A stretch of 64,000 nt of DNA from Azoarcus sp. (GCA_031556475.1 JAVBSY010000004.1:380-64379); one strand, 5' to 3'; positions 18,101 to 26,921 are shown, numbered from the stretch's first letter. The notes: a model not told the origin generated them from the sequence alone. Numbers and translations are program-made.

Positions 18101-20362
18101 GGTCATTGCCCGAACTGCACACGGCCGGACATCACCTTAGTCGATCCCGACGCGACCCATTACTTGCGCGCGCGCAAAGGCTTCTGGCGCGATCCGGTAG
18201 CTCGTGCGCTTTCCGGTAGTCAGCCGCCGATGAGTGTGGATGTGCAAGAACACAGCGCCCAACTTTCCTATAAGGACGCCAATACGCCGTCGCCCACCAC
18301 CGAAGTGTTCGAACGCCAGTTCCGCGACATCTTGCGCATTGGCGAACGGGCCGTCGATGTACTAAGTTGCACCACGACCATGGAGGTTGGCATCGATATC
18401 GGCTCCTTGATCGCAGTGTCGATGCGAAACGTACCGCCCATGCGACAGAACTACCAGCAGCGCGCGGGGCGTGCGGGCCGGCGCGGATCGGCGGTTTCTA
18501 CTGTCGTAACTTACGCGCAATCAGGGGCGCACGATTCGTTCTATTTTCTCAATCCCGACAGGATGCTGGCGGGAGATCCGCCTCGCCCAGTTCTGGACAC
18601 GAACAATGCCCGTATCGCGGATCGGCATGTGCTCGCGCAGTTGTTGCAAGATTTCTTTCGGCCTCTGGCGGGTGGTTCGGGAACAGCGGACATCTTTACG
18701 GTGTTGGGTGACACTTGGACCTTCTTCAAGACGGCCACGGCGCCCACCAGCTTCACGGCCTTCCAACACTGGGTACGCACGTCCGAGGCCGGGCGACAGT
18801 CGCTTAAGCGGGCTCAAGCATGGCTACCCCCAGGACAGGATGCGGCCACCGTGGCCGAGGCCATGATCGCAGCACTCGAAGCACGTGAACCGAACACGCA
18901 GGAAGGCTTGGAGGCGAGCTTGATCGAGTTTCTGTTCGCGCATGGGCTACTGCCGTCCTACGCTTTTCCGACCGACCTTTGCTCACTCCAGATTCAAGAA
19001 TGGGCACCTAGTGGGCGGAAAGGTTTTCGCATCGCCGAACAGGCACAGCAAAGCTTGAACATCGCACTCTCCGAATACGCTCCGGGCCGGCTTGTGGTCC
19101 TGAACAAGAAGACCTATCGCATCGGCACCGTCACAGCCTCCGGCCCGAATACGGAAATCAATAAAGCGACTGCGCTGTTCGATCGGGCACGGGTCTATCG
19201 CCATTGCACGCAGTGCTCCTTCACCGCCGGGTTCATTGCGGGTGACGATGGTGCCACCACTTGCCCTCAATGCGGTGCCGAGTCGCTGCGCACCATGACT
19301 GTGATCCGGCCGGAAACCGTTTTCCCTCGGGGCAAGTGTGAAATCAATGAGTTTGACGATGAGCAGGTCTTTAGCCAGGTCACCCAAGCGCAACTGCCGT
19401 TGCCCGATGAGGACCTACGCTTGCAGACCGTGCCATTTGGGCGGAAAGCAGGATTGGTGCCGCGCCGCCAACAGAAACTGATCGTCGTCAATGAAGGTGA
19501 TCCAGACTCGGATGAGGTTGGTTTCCGTGTCTGTTGCCAGTGCGGCAAAGTCCTCGCTGAAGGGGAACAGGAAGGGCCGCATGCTCGGGATTACTACATC
19601 CAAGCCAGTGGGCAACCCCTGCCACAGCGTTGCGAGGGAGCATTCCAGCGTGTCTTCCTAGGCTATGCCTTCACCTCGGACATCTTGCTGCTACGTATCA
19701 AGCTGGCATCGCCATTGAGATTCGATTTGCTCTCCAGACGGCAGCGCAAACCCATGGAAGATGCCTTGCAGACACTATGCGAGGCGCTGACCCTGTCCAT
19801 TGGTCGCGTGCTCGATATCGATCCGCACGAAGTCAGCGCAGGGTATCGCTTCGGAAATGATGGTGCCTCCGACTTCGCGGACATCTTCATTTACGACATT
19901 CTGTCCGGCGGTGCCGGCTATGCCTTGCAAGCAGGACAGTCCTTCAGCGAAATCTTCGCGCAAGCCAAGCAATTGTTGTCCCAGTGTAGTTGCGCCACTT
20001 CCTGCGAAAACTGCCTGCGGCACTACGGCAACCGCTTCAAGCATGCCAACCTGGATCGCCAACTTGGGCTGGAACTGGCGCAATACATTGAGTTCGGAGA
20101 GGTCCCTGCGGACTTTCCCTTCGAACAGCAGATACGGGTGTTGGCGCCGCTGGCCGAAATGGTCAAACTGGCGGGTTGGGAGCCTCAGATCGACGACCAA
20201 CAGTTTTTACTGACCCACCAGGGAAAGCGCTTCCGAATCGCTGCGTGTCCTTCCCTGCGCGCGTGCATGCCGAAAACTCAGCACGACGGCATGACCGTCT
20301 TGACCTTCACCCCCTATGAACTAGCCAGGGACCTACCGAGTGCCTTCGCAGAATTGAATTGA
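15161..20362 (+). CDS. druE: Large DEAH helicase with DUF1998 (Druantia DruE)
   Basis: 1733 aa; ATGTGSGKT, YPMNALVNDQ, DEAH, TSAS, CTTTMEVGIDIG, QRAGRAGR, multiple CxxC clusters, C-terminal CSCATSCENCL. Adjacent to DruA. Confidence 0.88.
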   Translation: MIHQSYSVQSVHEALLDTFHQYLRAQYHIWDEWLISERDHILKEVGNTYQEPRLEATPQYAQGLDYSKLDIPGEAQAILEYAAKDSRTGIPKRAYAHQCKAVEHFLRGKDLIVATGTGSGKTESFLMPILSRLAIESAQRPASWKMPGIRALLLYPMNALVNDQLGRLRRLFGSNVVKQALRGDNERHARFGMYTSRSPYPGSRSTKKDKERVEAELTQLYFDGMAEEYRERLQVEGKWPAKDLERFLTNQLRTDASDVELITRHEMQETAPDLLVTNYSMLEYMMLRPIEAPIFEKTAQWLMADPTNVLTVVLDEAHMYRGSGGAEVAYLLRRLQSRLGISRERIRFILTSASLGASEQAKAEVKEFAAKLTGGTSVQFELITGERDPRPAGAKADAKTQRALAQFDYAPLVDLTGDVTKAKTALTTLAQTLQVRLDAPRPQREDLQQFVFDLLEKLPVASLVAQRLTESPATLKACGELAFLNTEGRETALEALLALMAFAKDQQKGRPFCPIRSHLFFRGLPGLYVCTNIECGTHDPAKPKLLGRMHPTERLQCDCGARVYELLTHRSCGAAYLRAYMRPGDEFLWHQPSNGAWTDTQLLEAQFYVLPESEIESTSGCVVWLHTRTGRLVAQKPAGAERGDYLALLRPDTPTRERGRTVMSLGGDCPACGQRTRPEAPLAMDLATKGEAPFAHLIRAQIANQPVTKMPTAQAPNGGRKTIVFSDGRQKAARLARDIPREIELDVFRQTLFMAAQALQDIGKEPRLNEHLYVAFLKCLDEHHLRFFDGDDRHRVEEHLRDFQNFHTSDLASALDDPQSPPPSFWAILLKQLGTPFYSISALSLGYAAPSKNARARLHAEFKALPPEAVDAMAVAWIQRLLARFAFGRDLAEGVRAQASRYPLRPMAAKDGFSKEQRTFLATQGVNVDALTECLAHNLCEVKPDGSVYLRPSHVILRAALNARWVQCEHCKTISALPILGHCPNCTRPDITLVDPDATHYLRARKGFWRDPVARALSGSQPPMSVDVQEHSAQLSYKDANTPSPTTEVFERQFRDILRIGERAVDVLSCTTTMEVGIDIGSLIAVSMRNVPPMRQNYQQRAGRAGRRGSAVSTVVTYAQSGAHDSFYFLNPDRMLAGDPPRPVLDTNNARIADRHVLAQLLQDFFRPLAGGSGTADIFTVLGDTWTFFKTATAPTSFTAFQHWVRTSEAGRQSLKRAQAWLPPGQDAATVAEAMIAALEAREPNTQEGLEASLIEFLFAHGLLPSYAFPTDLCSLQIQEWAPSGRKGFRIAEQAQQSLNIALSEYAPGRLVVLNKKTYRIGTVTASGPNTEINKATALFDRARVYRHCTQCSFTAGFIAGDDGATTCPQCGAESLRTMTVIRPETVFPRGKCEINEFDDEQVFSQVTQAQLPLPDEDLRLQTVPFGRKAGLVPRRQQKLIVVNEGDPDSDEVGFRVCCQCGKVLAEGEQEGPHARDYYIQASGQPLPQRCEGAFQRVFLGYAFTSDILLLRIKLASPLRFDLLSRRQRKPMEDALQTLCEALTLSIGRVLDIDPHEVSAGYRFGNDGASDFADIFIYDILSGGAGYALQAGQSFSEIFAQAKQLLSQCSCATSCENCLRHYGNRFKHANLDRQLGLELAQYIEFGEVPADFPFEQQIRVLAPLAEMVKLAGWEPQIDDQQFLLTHQGKRFRIAACPSLRACMPKTQHDGMTVLTFTPYELARDLPSAFAELN

Positions 20363-20363
20363 T

Positions 20364-21575
20364 ATGAAAAAGGGAAAGGTCATCCCTCTTGCCGTCAGGG
20401 AAGCTCGTTTGAAACGCCTGGTGCGAAGGCATCTCAAGAGCTTGGGGTTCGATCGTGATGAGCAGGGGCGCTTGCAGCCACCAAGTTTGGATAAGGAGGC
20501 TTACCGCCGGTTTCATCAAGGGCAGCGTGAGCAGAAACTGGCGGCGAACCGTGCTTGGCTAAGCAAGCACGAAGCCAAGTTGGTGAAATGGTTTGCGGAT
20601 GGGGCATCTATCGTGCCATCGGCCATCGTCCCTGAGTTGGAACTGGTCAAAGGGGGGACATGGCAATCAGACTTGTTCCGCATGGCCACGCTTTATTGGC
20701 AAATCCCTGTCTCGGAGGGCTACGGACGTCGATTGAGATTTCTGGTCTGGGACCGAGGTCATCAAAAGCTGATGGGCATTTTTGCCTTGGGGGACGCGGT
20801 CTTCAATCAGGCCGCGCGCGATGCCTTTATCGGCTGGGACCATCATCGACGCTCCGAGTCGCTGGTGAATCTGATGGATGCCTACGTGCTAGGCGCGCTG
20901 CCCCCCTACAGTCATTTACTGGGCGGCAAATTGGTGGCCTCCTTGGTCCGCACACGCGAGGTGGTCGATGCCTTCCATGCGCGTTATGGCGATTCGGTCG
21001 GTCTCATTTCTCAAAAGAAGAAAAAGCCCCGTTTGCTCGCGGTGACAACCACCTCAGCTTTCGGGCGATCCTCCCTGTACAACCGTCTGCAATTGTCTGG
21101 ACGCAAGATTTTCGAACCCATCGGCTACACCTCCGGCTGGGGGCACTTCCATTTTTCCGGGAAGCTCTTCGATGAATTGCGCCAGTACCTCGAACATCTG
21201 AATGATGGTTATGCCCGCGCATTCAGTTTTGGTTCTGGACCAAACTGGCGCCTGCGCGTCATCCGCCGAGCTCTGGATCGACTCGGCATGGACCCCAACC
21301 TAGTTCGCCATGGACTCGTTCGGGAGGTATTCATCGCCAAGATCGCCCAGAACGCCGAGGCGGTGCTGCGCGGCGACAACACGCGGGTTCTCTACGGCGG
21401 GCTGCCAACAGTCCGCGAGGTGGGGGCCGCAGCGCGAGAGCGCTGGCTCGTTCCGCGGTCTGAACGAGATCAGCGTTATTTGGATTGGCGCGTAGCCGAT
21501 CTTCTGGCCGCCATTCACGACAAGCCTGTGACCGTCCAACCCTTGAGAGTGCTGGCACATGGACTGGGCCATTGA
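20364..21575 (+). CDS. druA: Druantia DruA (DUF4338)
   Basis: 403 aa; YGRRLRFLVWD, GALPPYSHLLGGKLVA, TTTSAFGRSSLYNRL, GYTSGWGHFH motifs. Confidence 0.85.
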   Translation: MKKGKVIPLAVREARLKRLVRRHLKSLGFDRDEQGRLQPPSLDKEAYRRFHQGQREQKLAANRAWLSKHEAKLVKWFADGASIVPSAIVPELELVKGGTWQSDLFRMATLYWQIPVSEGYGRRLRFLVWDRGHQKLMGIFALGDAVFNQAARDAFIGWDHHRRSESLVNLMDAYVLGALPPYSHLLGGKLVASLVRTREVVDAFHARYGDSVGLISQKKKKPRLLAVTTTSAFGRSSLYNRLQLSGRKIFEPIGYTSGWGHFHFSGKLFDELRQYLEHLNDGYARAFSFGSGPNWRLRVIRRALDRLGMDPNLVRHGLVREVFIAKIAQNAEAVLRGDNTRVLYGGLPTVREVGAAARERWLVPRSERDQRYLDWRVADLLAAIHDKPVTVQPLRVLAHGLGH

Positions 21576-23058
21576 TTCCAGTGGTGAACACATCAGGGCA
21601 GGAAGCCAGCACGCCGAGCGAGATGGACTTCGTTGCCCCGTTTGCAAAGCACGGGTTCATCACCGTAACGGCCACGTGCGGCGAGCGTATTTCGCACATT
21701 TCAGCGGCAACTCGAACCAAGCCTGTGAGTTGTACCACCCAAGTGTGGGAGCCGCTTCGGTCGGCATAACAGGGAACGCAAGCACTGGGTTCCATTTCGC
21801 TACCGCAGTTTCTTATTTGGAGGCGCCGGCACTGATATGGCGGGATGACAGGCCCATCCCCGTCAGCCTGTGGCTACGCTTGCCACGGTTGCCGGTGGGT
21901 TACGCATCGACGCTGCGCCTCCATTCTCCGTTGGGACAGCAGCGCTTTCCTGGCGAACTCCTCGCCAAAGCCTACTTTGCCCAAGTGGCGTTACAAGAGC
22001 CTCCAGCCAGCGTCGAAGCCTCTCCACGAGACCCGGCGATCGAAATTCGGCTGAAAGATGTGCTTCAGCAATTTCGCCTAACGGGGAATTTCTTCCGGGC
22101 ACATGTCGATGGTGGGGTGCTCGAAGCGCGCGTTGTGCCTCTGGAGTTGGGTGAGACTTATGTCCTCGTGACGCAGCGATGTTTGCCGCTTCCCCACCCA
22201 GATGCGTTGGAGATCCTCCAGACGCGCACGGAGCGCAATTGGACGGCCTATCGGCTTCGGCTCCGTGATGTTGCAGAGACACGTACGCACGACGTTGCCG
22301 AACTGCGTGCCTATCTGGAACGAGAGATCGTACCCGCGCGGCCCAAGATCGATTTGCTCTGGCCACCACCAAATCGACTCGATCCCGATGGTACGCGCAT
22401 TCACGCAACAACGGTATGCCAATTGATTGTTCGCTCCAATGCTGGACCGCCGATATACAGAGCACTGGAAACCGGTGGCGCGGAGGTAACGACGCTGGGG
22501 AAAGACCTCTACGCCATTAACCTGGCATCGCAAAAGGGCGAGGCCTTAGTTGGGCTGCCAGGGAGCGCTTATCAACAATTGCGGTTCGAGGATACCGAAC
22601 TTATCGAGCCGAAAGGCGTGGTCTTGTCGTCGGATCAAGAGTTCGCTGGTTTGCATACCACGCAAGCCAATGAACTTGCGCATCACACGGGGAGAATAGC
22701 AATACAGGTACCTACAGAGCGCCTATGGCAACGCGTGAGGATCAATCTATTGCCCTTGCGGCCATGCTCCGAACATCGTGAGCATGCACTCGACGGTCCT
22801 TTGCTGAGCTTGGATTGCGGCGCCTTTGGCCGAGTTTTCACGAGCGTTTGCATCACGGAAGAAAAACACCGTCTGCTGTGGTATGCCCGTTTCGAAAATC
22901 TGGTCGTCGGCATGGCCGGACCACTCGCTTGGAGGCGTTTGGATTCGGTGCGTACCAAGGAGCAACTGCTCCACTGGGCTGCCGGAAATGGCGTGCAAGC
23001 CCTTCTCCCCCTCATGTTGTCCGCATTTCTCATTGAGGTAGATCGTGGCCTTTCTTGA
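21559..23058 (+). CDS. druB: Probable Druantia DruB (CoiA-like N-terminal Zn finger)
   Basis: 499 aa; CPVC...RRAYFAH...C N-terminus typical of CoiA-like domains; overlaps the DruA stop. Confidence 0.65.
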   Translation: MDWAIDSSGEHIRAGSQHAERDGLRCPVCKARVHHRNGHVRRAYFAHFSGNSNQACELYHPSVGAASVGITGNASTGFHFATAVSYLEAPALIWRDDRPIPVSLWLRLPRLPVGYASTLRLHSPLGQQRFPGELLAKAYFAQVALQEPPASVEASPRDPAIEIRLKDVLQQFRLTGNFFRAHVDGGVLEARVVPLELGETYVLVTQRCLPLPHPDALEILQTRTERNWTAYRLRLRDVAETRTHDVAELRAYLEREIVPARPKIDLLWPPPNRLDPDGTRIHATTVCQLIVRSNAGPPIYRALETGGAEVTTLGKDLYAINLASQKGEALVGLPGSAYQQLRFEDTELIEPKGVVLSSDQEFAGLHTTQANELAHHTGRIAIQVPTERLWQRVRINLLPLRPCSEHREHALDGPLLSLDCGAFGRVFTSVCITEEKHRLLWYARFENLVVGMAGPLAWRRLDSVRTKEQLLHWAAGNGVQALLPLMLSAFLIEVDRGLS

Positions 23059-25591
23059 TGTGAATAGGAAAAAGCTGGCGTTCCTGCTGAATCGAGGGAC
23101 TCATACAGGCGAACTCAGGAAATTCTTTGTAGAGTCAAGAGTGCCATTGATTCACAAGGGCGCGCGTGGTGTGCAAAACCTTCCCCAAGGAAACACGGAG
23201 AGGATTCGCGCCATTTGCGAACGGCTTCCGCCCAAAACCAACGACACGCTGCGCGACTGGTTCCAGAAGAACATCACCTTGAGCGATCCAATGCCTCCGG
23301 CCGATGTCTTGACCTATCTGGAACTCTACGATCAAAACGAAAGCCTCTCCGCAACCGAAATGCAATTGGTTGCGCGTTCCGCCCTTATCTATTTATTCGA
23401 AGAGACACCCGATCGGGAACTGCTTTCTTTCCTTCGGCGTGCACCGGGTGCACCACCAACGCCCCATGACAGCGTAGCATCCAATTTGGTACCGGTTGAT
23501 ACTGAGCCTCAACAGAATGAAATGGTCTCTCAAGAGGATGAGCCCATTTCGGAGACCTTAACCCCTCAGAGCTATCAACTATCGGAATTGATCGCAGCGC
23601 TCATTGCCAACGATAAGAGCGCTATCGACAACGCCCTAGAGGCTTTTTCGACAGCCACGCAAACACTGGTAGAGGCATTGTTGTACATACGAGGCGGTAA
23701 CATTGAGGCCGCTGGCAAGCAATTGGAACTATTGGATCCTAGTGGTCCAGAAGTGGAGCTTATCAGGAACGCATTGGGCCGCGTCCGTCACCAGCGTGGC
23801 GCTCCATCTTCTTCAAGTGGGATTCAACTGTACATTCCTCAGCAGTTGATGGAGCATCCCAAGGCCGACAGTCACACGATCATTGGTATCTGTACCAATA
23901 TATCAGAAGCGGGAGCCGTCTTCGTGCGGCCTTTGGCGTTGAAATTGGACAAACAATTTCATCTGCTGGGCCAGGACGATCGGGCTGCTTTGTTCCCCGA
24001 GAGTGGTGATGTCATGACGTATCGTTCGGAATTGCGTCTCCCTCTCAAGCCCCGAGATCTCATCCATTGGCGGGTTGCAGAAAAGGAAAATACCTCGGGA
24101 AAAATTCGTTTCCACATGGAGTCCGAACTCGGCCCTGTTTTTGAAACTCGCCGCATCTCTGTCCCCAGCACCGATCCCGATAAAGTGCGCGAACGCATCA
24201 AGACGTTGGCTGCTTCGGAACATCTATCGACAAATCAGCAGATGATTTTTCTGTTATCGGATGGTATTGCCGTGGCATCATTCAAAGCGGTTGACCTCAG
24301 TCGAGATGAGGCCTATGACCAAGCTTGGCAGGCCTGGAGTTCGCTAGAAACCTGGCTGATCGAAGGGCGTGAGTGTTGTCTTGATTTGTCCAAGCATCCG
24401 GCCTCGCATCTGGATCTTTCCACACTGGATACCGCGTTCAAAAAGATCCTGAAAAACTTGGAGGCGGAGCAGAAAGTAACGCTCAGCAAGGCACAGAAAC
24501 GAGAGTTAATCGACCTGCTGCGGGACGCTTCGACGGGGGAACATGGATTTCGTGTCCAACGCGCGGTTTCCGTACTGGAGCACGTCGTGCTCGACGGTGA
24601 CGACCTCGAAACCGTTTTGGACTTGCTCAAGGCACGAGAAGAGGTTCGGCTTCGCGTACAGCAGTTGATCGACGCGGAGCACGCGCAGTGGCGAAGCGAG
24701 CACTCGGGACTCCAAGCCGAAATCGAGGTCTTGAAGCACAAAAAGACGGAACTCGTAAAAGAAGGCAAAGAACAGGAACGTCAGAACAAGAAACTGGCCG
24801 ATGCCGCTGCATCCATGGTCAAAGACGCTTTTTCCAAAGCGATTCATGATGGCATGACGACGTTGGCCAATGCCGAGATATTCCGAATGCTGACGGATAA
24901 CCATACCCATCGAGTGGTGGAGCCCTCAGTGCCTGTTCCGGCGGTCACCACCCTCATCGAGTCGTGGGCCATCAAGGAAACGTTGCCACCCTCCGAAGTA
25001 AAGACCCGTTTGATGGCGCTGGGCTTGAACGCTCGCCAGGCGATTGTCCTGGCCGAATTGTGTGCCCTGACCCTGGACTCAGGGGCGCTCTTGATCTTGA
25101 AAGGGAACTGTGCTCGACAGTATGCGCAGGTTCTGATTCGCATGAACTGCGAAACCAGTGGAATGCTTGCCATCCCGATGGGGTTGACCTCAGGTGCACC
25201 CATTCGTCATGCATTGGACGCTCTGCCCGACGTTCAAAACCTAGCAATCCTGGATGCGGACCTTTCCCCCCTGGAAGTCTATGGCGCACGCCTGCTCGAT
25301 TCTGTCTTTGAAGCGGCCCAGGAGAAGGAAAATAACCCACCACCATTGCTGCTCTCCTGCCTCGGAGGAGACATGTCTCTGCCCTTGCCAGAGGTGGTGC
25401 GACAAATCGCTGTCGTCGTCGATATGGATCTGTCATGGGATAATGGGCTGCACTCGCTGGCAGAGGTCGAGATCGAATCTTCTTCTCTGTTGCCATCATT
25501 TCGCTCAAAGCTCTTGCAACGACTCGCCGAAGTACAGGGAGAATATCAAGACCACGTTGAGCGGGCATTGGTCAAGGCACTCATTCCGTAG
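23045..25591 (+). CDS. druC: Probable Druantia DruC (coiled-coil protein with degenerate AAA-like C-terminus)
   Basis: 848 aa, GTG start overlapping DruB; central heptad-rich segment (LQAEIEVLKHKKTELVKEGKEQERQNKKL). Confidence 0.6.
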   Translation: MAFLDVNRKKLAFLLNRGTHTGELRKFFVESRVPLIHKGARGVQNLPQGNTERIRAICERLPPKTNDTLRDWFQKNITLSDPMPPADVLTYLELYDQNESLSATEMQLVARSALIYLFEETPDRELLSFLRRAPGAPPTPHDSVASNLVPVDTEPQQNEMVSQEDEPISETLTPQSYQLSELIAALIANDKSAIDNALEAFSTATQTLVEALLYIRGGNIEAAGKQLELLDPSGPEVELIRNALGRVRHQRGAPSSSSGIQLYIPQQLMEHPKADSHTIIGICTNISEAGAVFVRPLALKLDKQFHLLGQDDRAALFPESGDVMTYRSELRLPLKPRDLIHWRVAEKENTSGKIRFHMESELGPVFETRRISVPSTDPDKVRERIKTLAASEHLSTNQQMIFLLSDGIAVASFKAVDLSRDEAYDQAWQAWSSLETWLIEGRECCLDLSKHPASHLDLSTLDTAFKKILKNLEAEQKVTLSKAQKRELIDLLRDASTGEHGFRVQRAVSVLEHVVLDGDDLETVLDLLKAREEVRLRVQQLIDAEHAQWRSEHSGLQAEIEVLKHKKTELVKEGKEQERQNKKLADAAASMVKDAFSKAIHDGMTTLANAEIFRMLTDNHTHRVVEPSVPVPAVTTLIESWAIKETLPPSEVKTRLMALGLNARQAIVLAELCALTLDSGALLILKGNCARQYAQVLIRMNCETSGMLAIPMGLTSGAPIRHALDALPDVQNLAILDADLSPLEVYGARLLDSVFEAAQEKENNPPPLLLSCLGGDMSLPLPEVVRQIAVVVDMDLSWDNGLHSLAEVEIESSSLLPSFRSKLLQRLAEVQGEYQDHVERALVKALIP

Positions 25592-25647
25592 AAGAAATCG
25601 CCCGTGTGCGGACCAGTCAGGTTCCACCCAAAGCTGCCGCACCTATA

Positions 25648-25826
25648 CGCATCCAGGGTGCGCTGCTCGGCGCTCAATTCACGCGTAGACGGCCCGCTGT
25701 CGGTACCTTCCTTTCCGTCAATGCCTCGTAGCGCATCTGTGCATAACGATGCCGCAGTCCGTGCATGCTGCTCAGGTCTGCCACTTTGCACTGGCCGTCG
25801 TAAGTGTGCCGTTGCTGGATGAACAT
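25648..25826 (-). pseudogene. Frameshifted remnant of an Integrase_1-family recombinase
   Basis: QQRHTYDGQCKVADLSSMHGLRHRYAQMRYEALT, then after a frameshift GPSTRELSAEQRTLDA. Confidence 0.75.
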
Positions 25827-25968
25827 CTTGTGCGTGGAAATCCAAGCCACAACCAACCGTATCGCTAGCTGCGTGACTGTTTCTTTGCACAGACTGACTG
25901 CTAAACTTCTCCCGATCATGCGTACGCCACCCGCCTGTCACCGTGTCACGCCATCTCCTACCAGCCCA

Positions 25969-25997
25969 GGTATCGTGTGGGGTAAATCGTGGGGGAA
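25969..25997 (+). repeat. Arm-type integrase binding repeats (ATCGTG[T]GGGG x2)
   Basis: GGTATCGTGTGGGGTAAATCGTGGGGGAA, about 60-90 bp inside the att core. Confidence 0.5.
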
Positions 25998-26028
25998 GTG
26001 CAGGCCGGCACCCCATATAGATCATGAA

Positions 26029-26041
26029 AATCAACCGCTTG
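26029..26041 (+). promoter_or_regulatory. IHF binding site in the att arm
   Basis: AATCAACCGCTTG matches WATCAANNNNTTR exactly. Confidence 0.65.
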
Positions 26042-26058
26042 CAGCGCGTTTCGCGCTT

Positions 26059-26079
26059 CAGGTGCAGAACATCGAGTGA
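26059..26079 (+). repeat. att core = 3' end of yicC (attR)
   Basis: CAG GTG CAG AAC ATC GAG TGA = QVQNIE*, the conserved YicC C-terminus, 8 bp before gmk as in the yicC-gmk-rpoZ-spoT synteny. Confidence 0.8.
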
Positions 26080-26087
26080 AATTCGAT

Positions 26088-26702
26088 ATGCCAGGAACGC
26101 TCATTATTGTTACCGCGCCTTCCGGTGCGGGTAAAACCACCTTGGTTCGCGGTCTGCTCGAGCGCGATCCGCAGGTACAGTTGTCTGTGTCCTACACCAC
26201 GCGTGAGCCGCGCTCCGGCGAAAAGAATGGGCGTGAATACAATTTCGTCGACGTTTATACCTTCCGCTCCTTGCGCGACCGTGGCGAATTTCTCGAATGG
26301 GCGGAAGTTCATGGCAACTATTACGCTACTTCCAAGGTCTGGTTGAAAGAGCAGGTCGCGGCTGGCCGCGATACTCTGCTGGAAATCGATTGGCAGGGTG
26401 CGCAGCAGGTGCGCAAGCTTTTTCCCGAGGCGATGTCCGTTTTCATTTTGCCGCCGTCGCTCGAGGAACTGGAAAGCCGCCTGCGCAAACGCGGTACAGA
26501 CAGCGACGATGTCATCGATCGCCGGCTGCTGGCGGCACGCGGCGAGATGCGTCATGTGGGCGAGTTCGACTACGTTATACTGAACGACGAACTACCTGCC
26601 GCGCTCGAAGACCTTGTCGGTGTCGTGCGCGCGGTTCGTCTGCGCTACAAGAATCAGCGTTCGCGGCGGCCGCAGTATTTTGCTTTTCTTGAACAGGATT
26701 GA
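26088..26702 (+). CDS. gmk: Guanylate kinase
   Basis: APSGAGKT P-loop, SYTTREPR, EWAEVHGNYY, LEIDWQG. Confidence 0.97.
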   Translation: MPGTLIIVTAPSGAGKTTLVRGLLERDPQVQLSVSYTTREPRSGEKNGREYNFVDVYTFRSLRDRGEFLEWAEVHGNYYATSKVWLKEQVAAGRDTLLEIDWQGAQQVRKLFPEAMSVFILPPSLEELESRLRKRGTDSDDVIDRRLLAARGEMRHVGEFDYVILNDELPAALEDLVGVVRAVRLRYKNQRSRRPQYFAFLEQD

Positions 26703-26705
26703 CCC

Positions 26706-26921
26706 ATGGCCCGTATTACCGTTGAAGATTGTCTCAAGAGGATTCCGAACCGCTTCCAGCTCACCCTGGCGGCGACCTACCGCGCGCGCCAGTTGACTGC
26801 TGGTGGTACCCCGCAGATCGAACTCGATCCTCACGACCGCGACAAGCCCACGGTGATCGCGTTGCGCGAAGTTGCCGCCGGCAAGGTGGGGCTTGAGATG
26901 CTCAACCGCGGGCAGGCCTGA
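26706..26921 (+). CDS. rpoZ: RNA polymerase omega subunit
   Basis: [10 protein letters not shown]...NRFQL...RARQL...[13 protein letters not shown]. Confidence 0.97.
   Translation: MARITVEDCLKRIPNRFQLTLAATYRARQLTAGGTPQIELDPHDRDKPTVIALREVAAGKVGLEMLNRGQA

Larger units (their letters stand above)
1..26079. mobile_element. Genomic island (right-hand part) integrated at the 3' end of yicC; left end outside the window
   Basis: Ends in the yicC-like tail CAGGTGCAGAACATCGAGTGA immediately before gmk. Contains integrases, pseudogene scars, a defence operon and abrupt composition shifts. Core housekeeping genes start at 26088. Confidence 0.85.

Noticed and set aside
15161-20362. DISARM DrmA/DrmB or stand-alone MrfA helicase call
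   Set aside because: No methylase, PLD or separate DUF1998 gene; the adjacent DUF4338-type protein points to Druantia.
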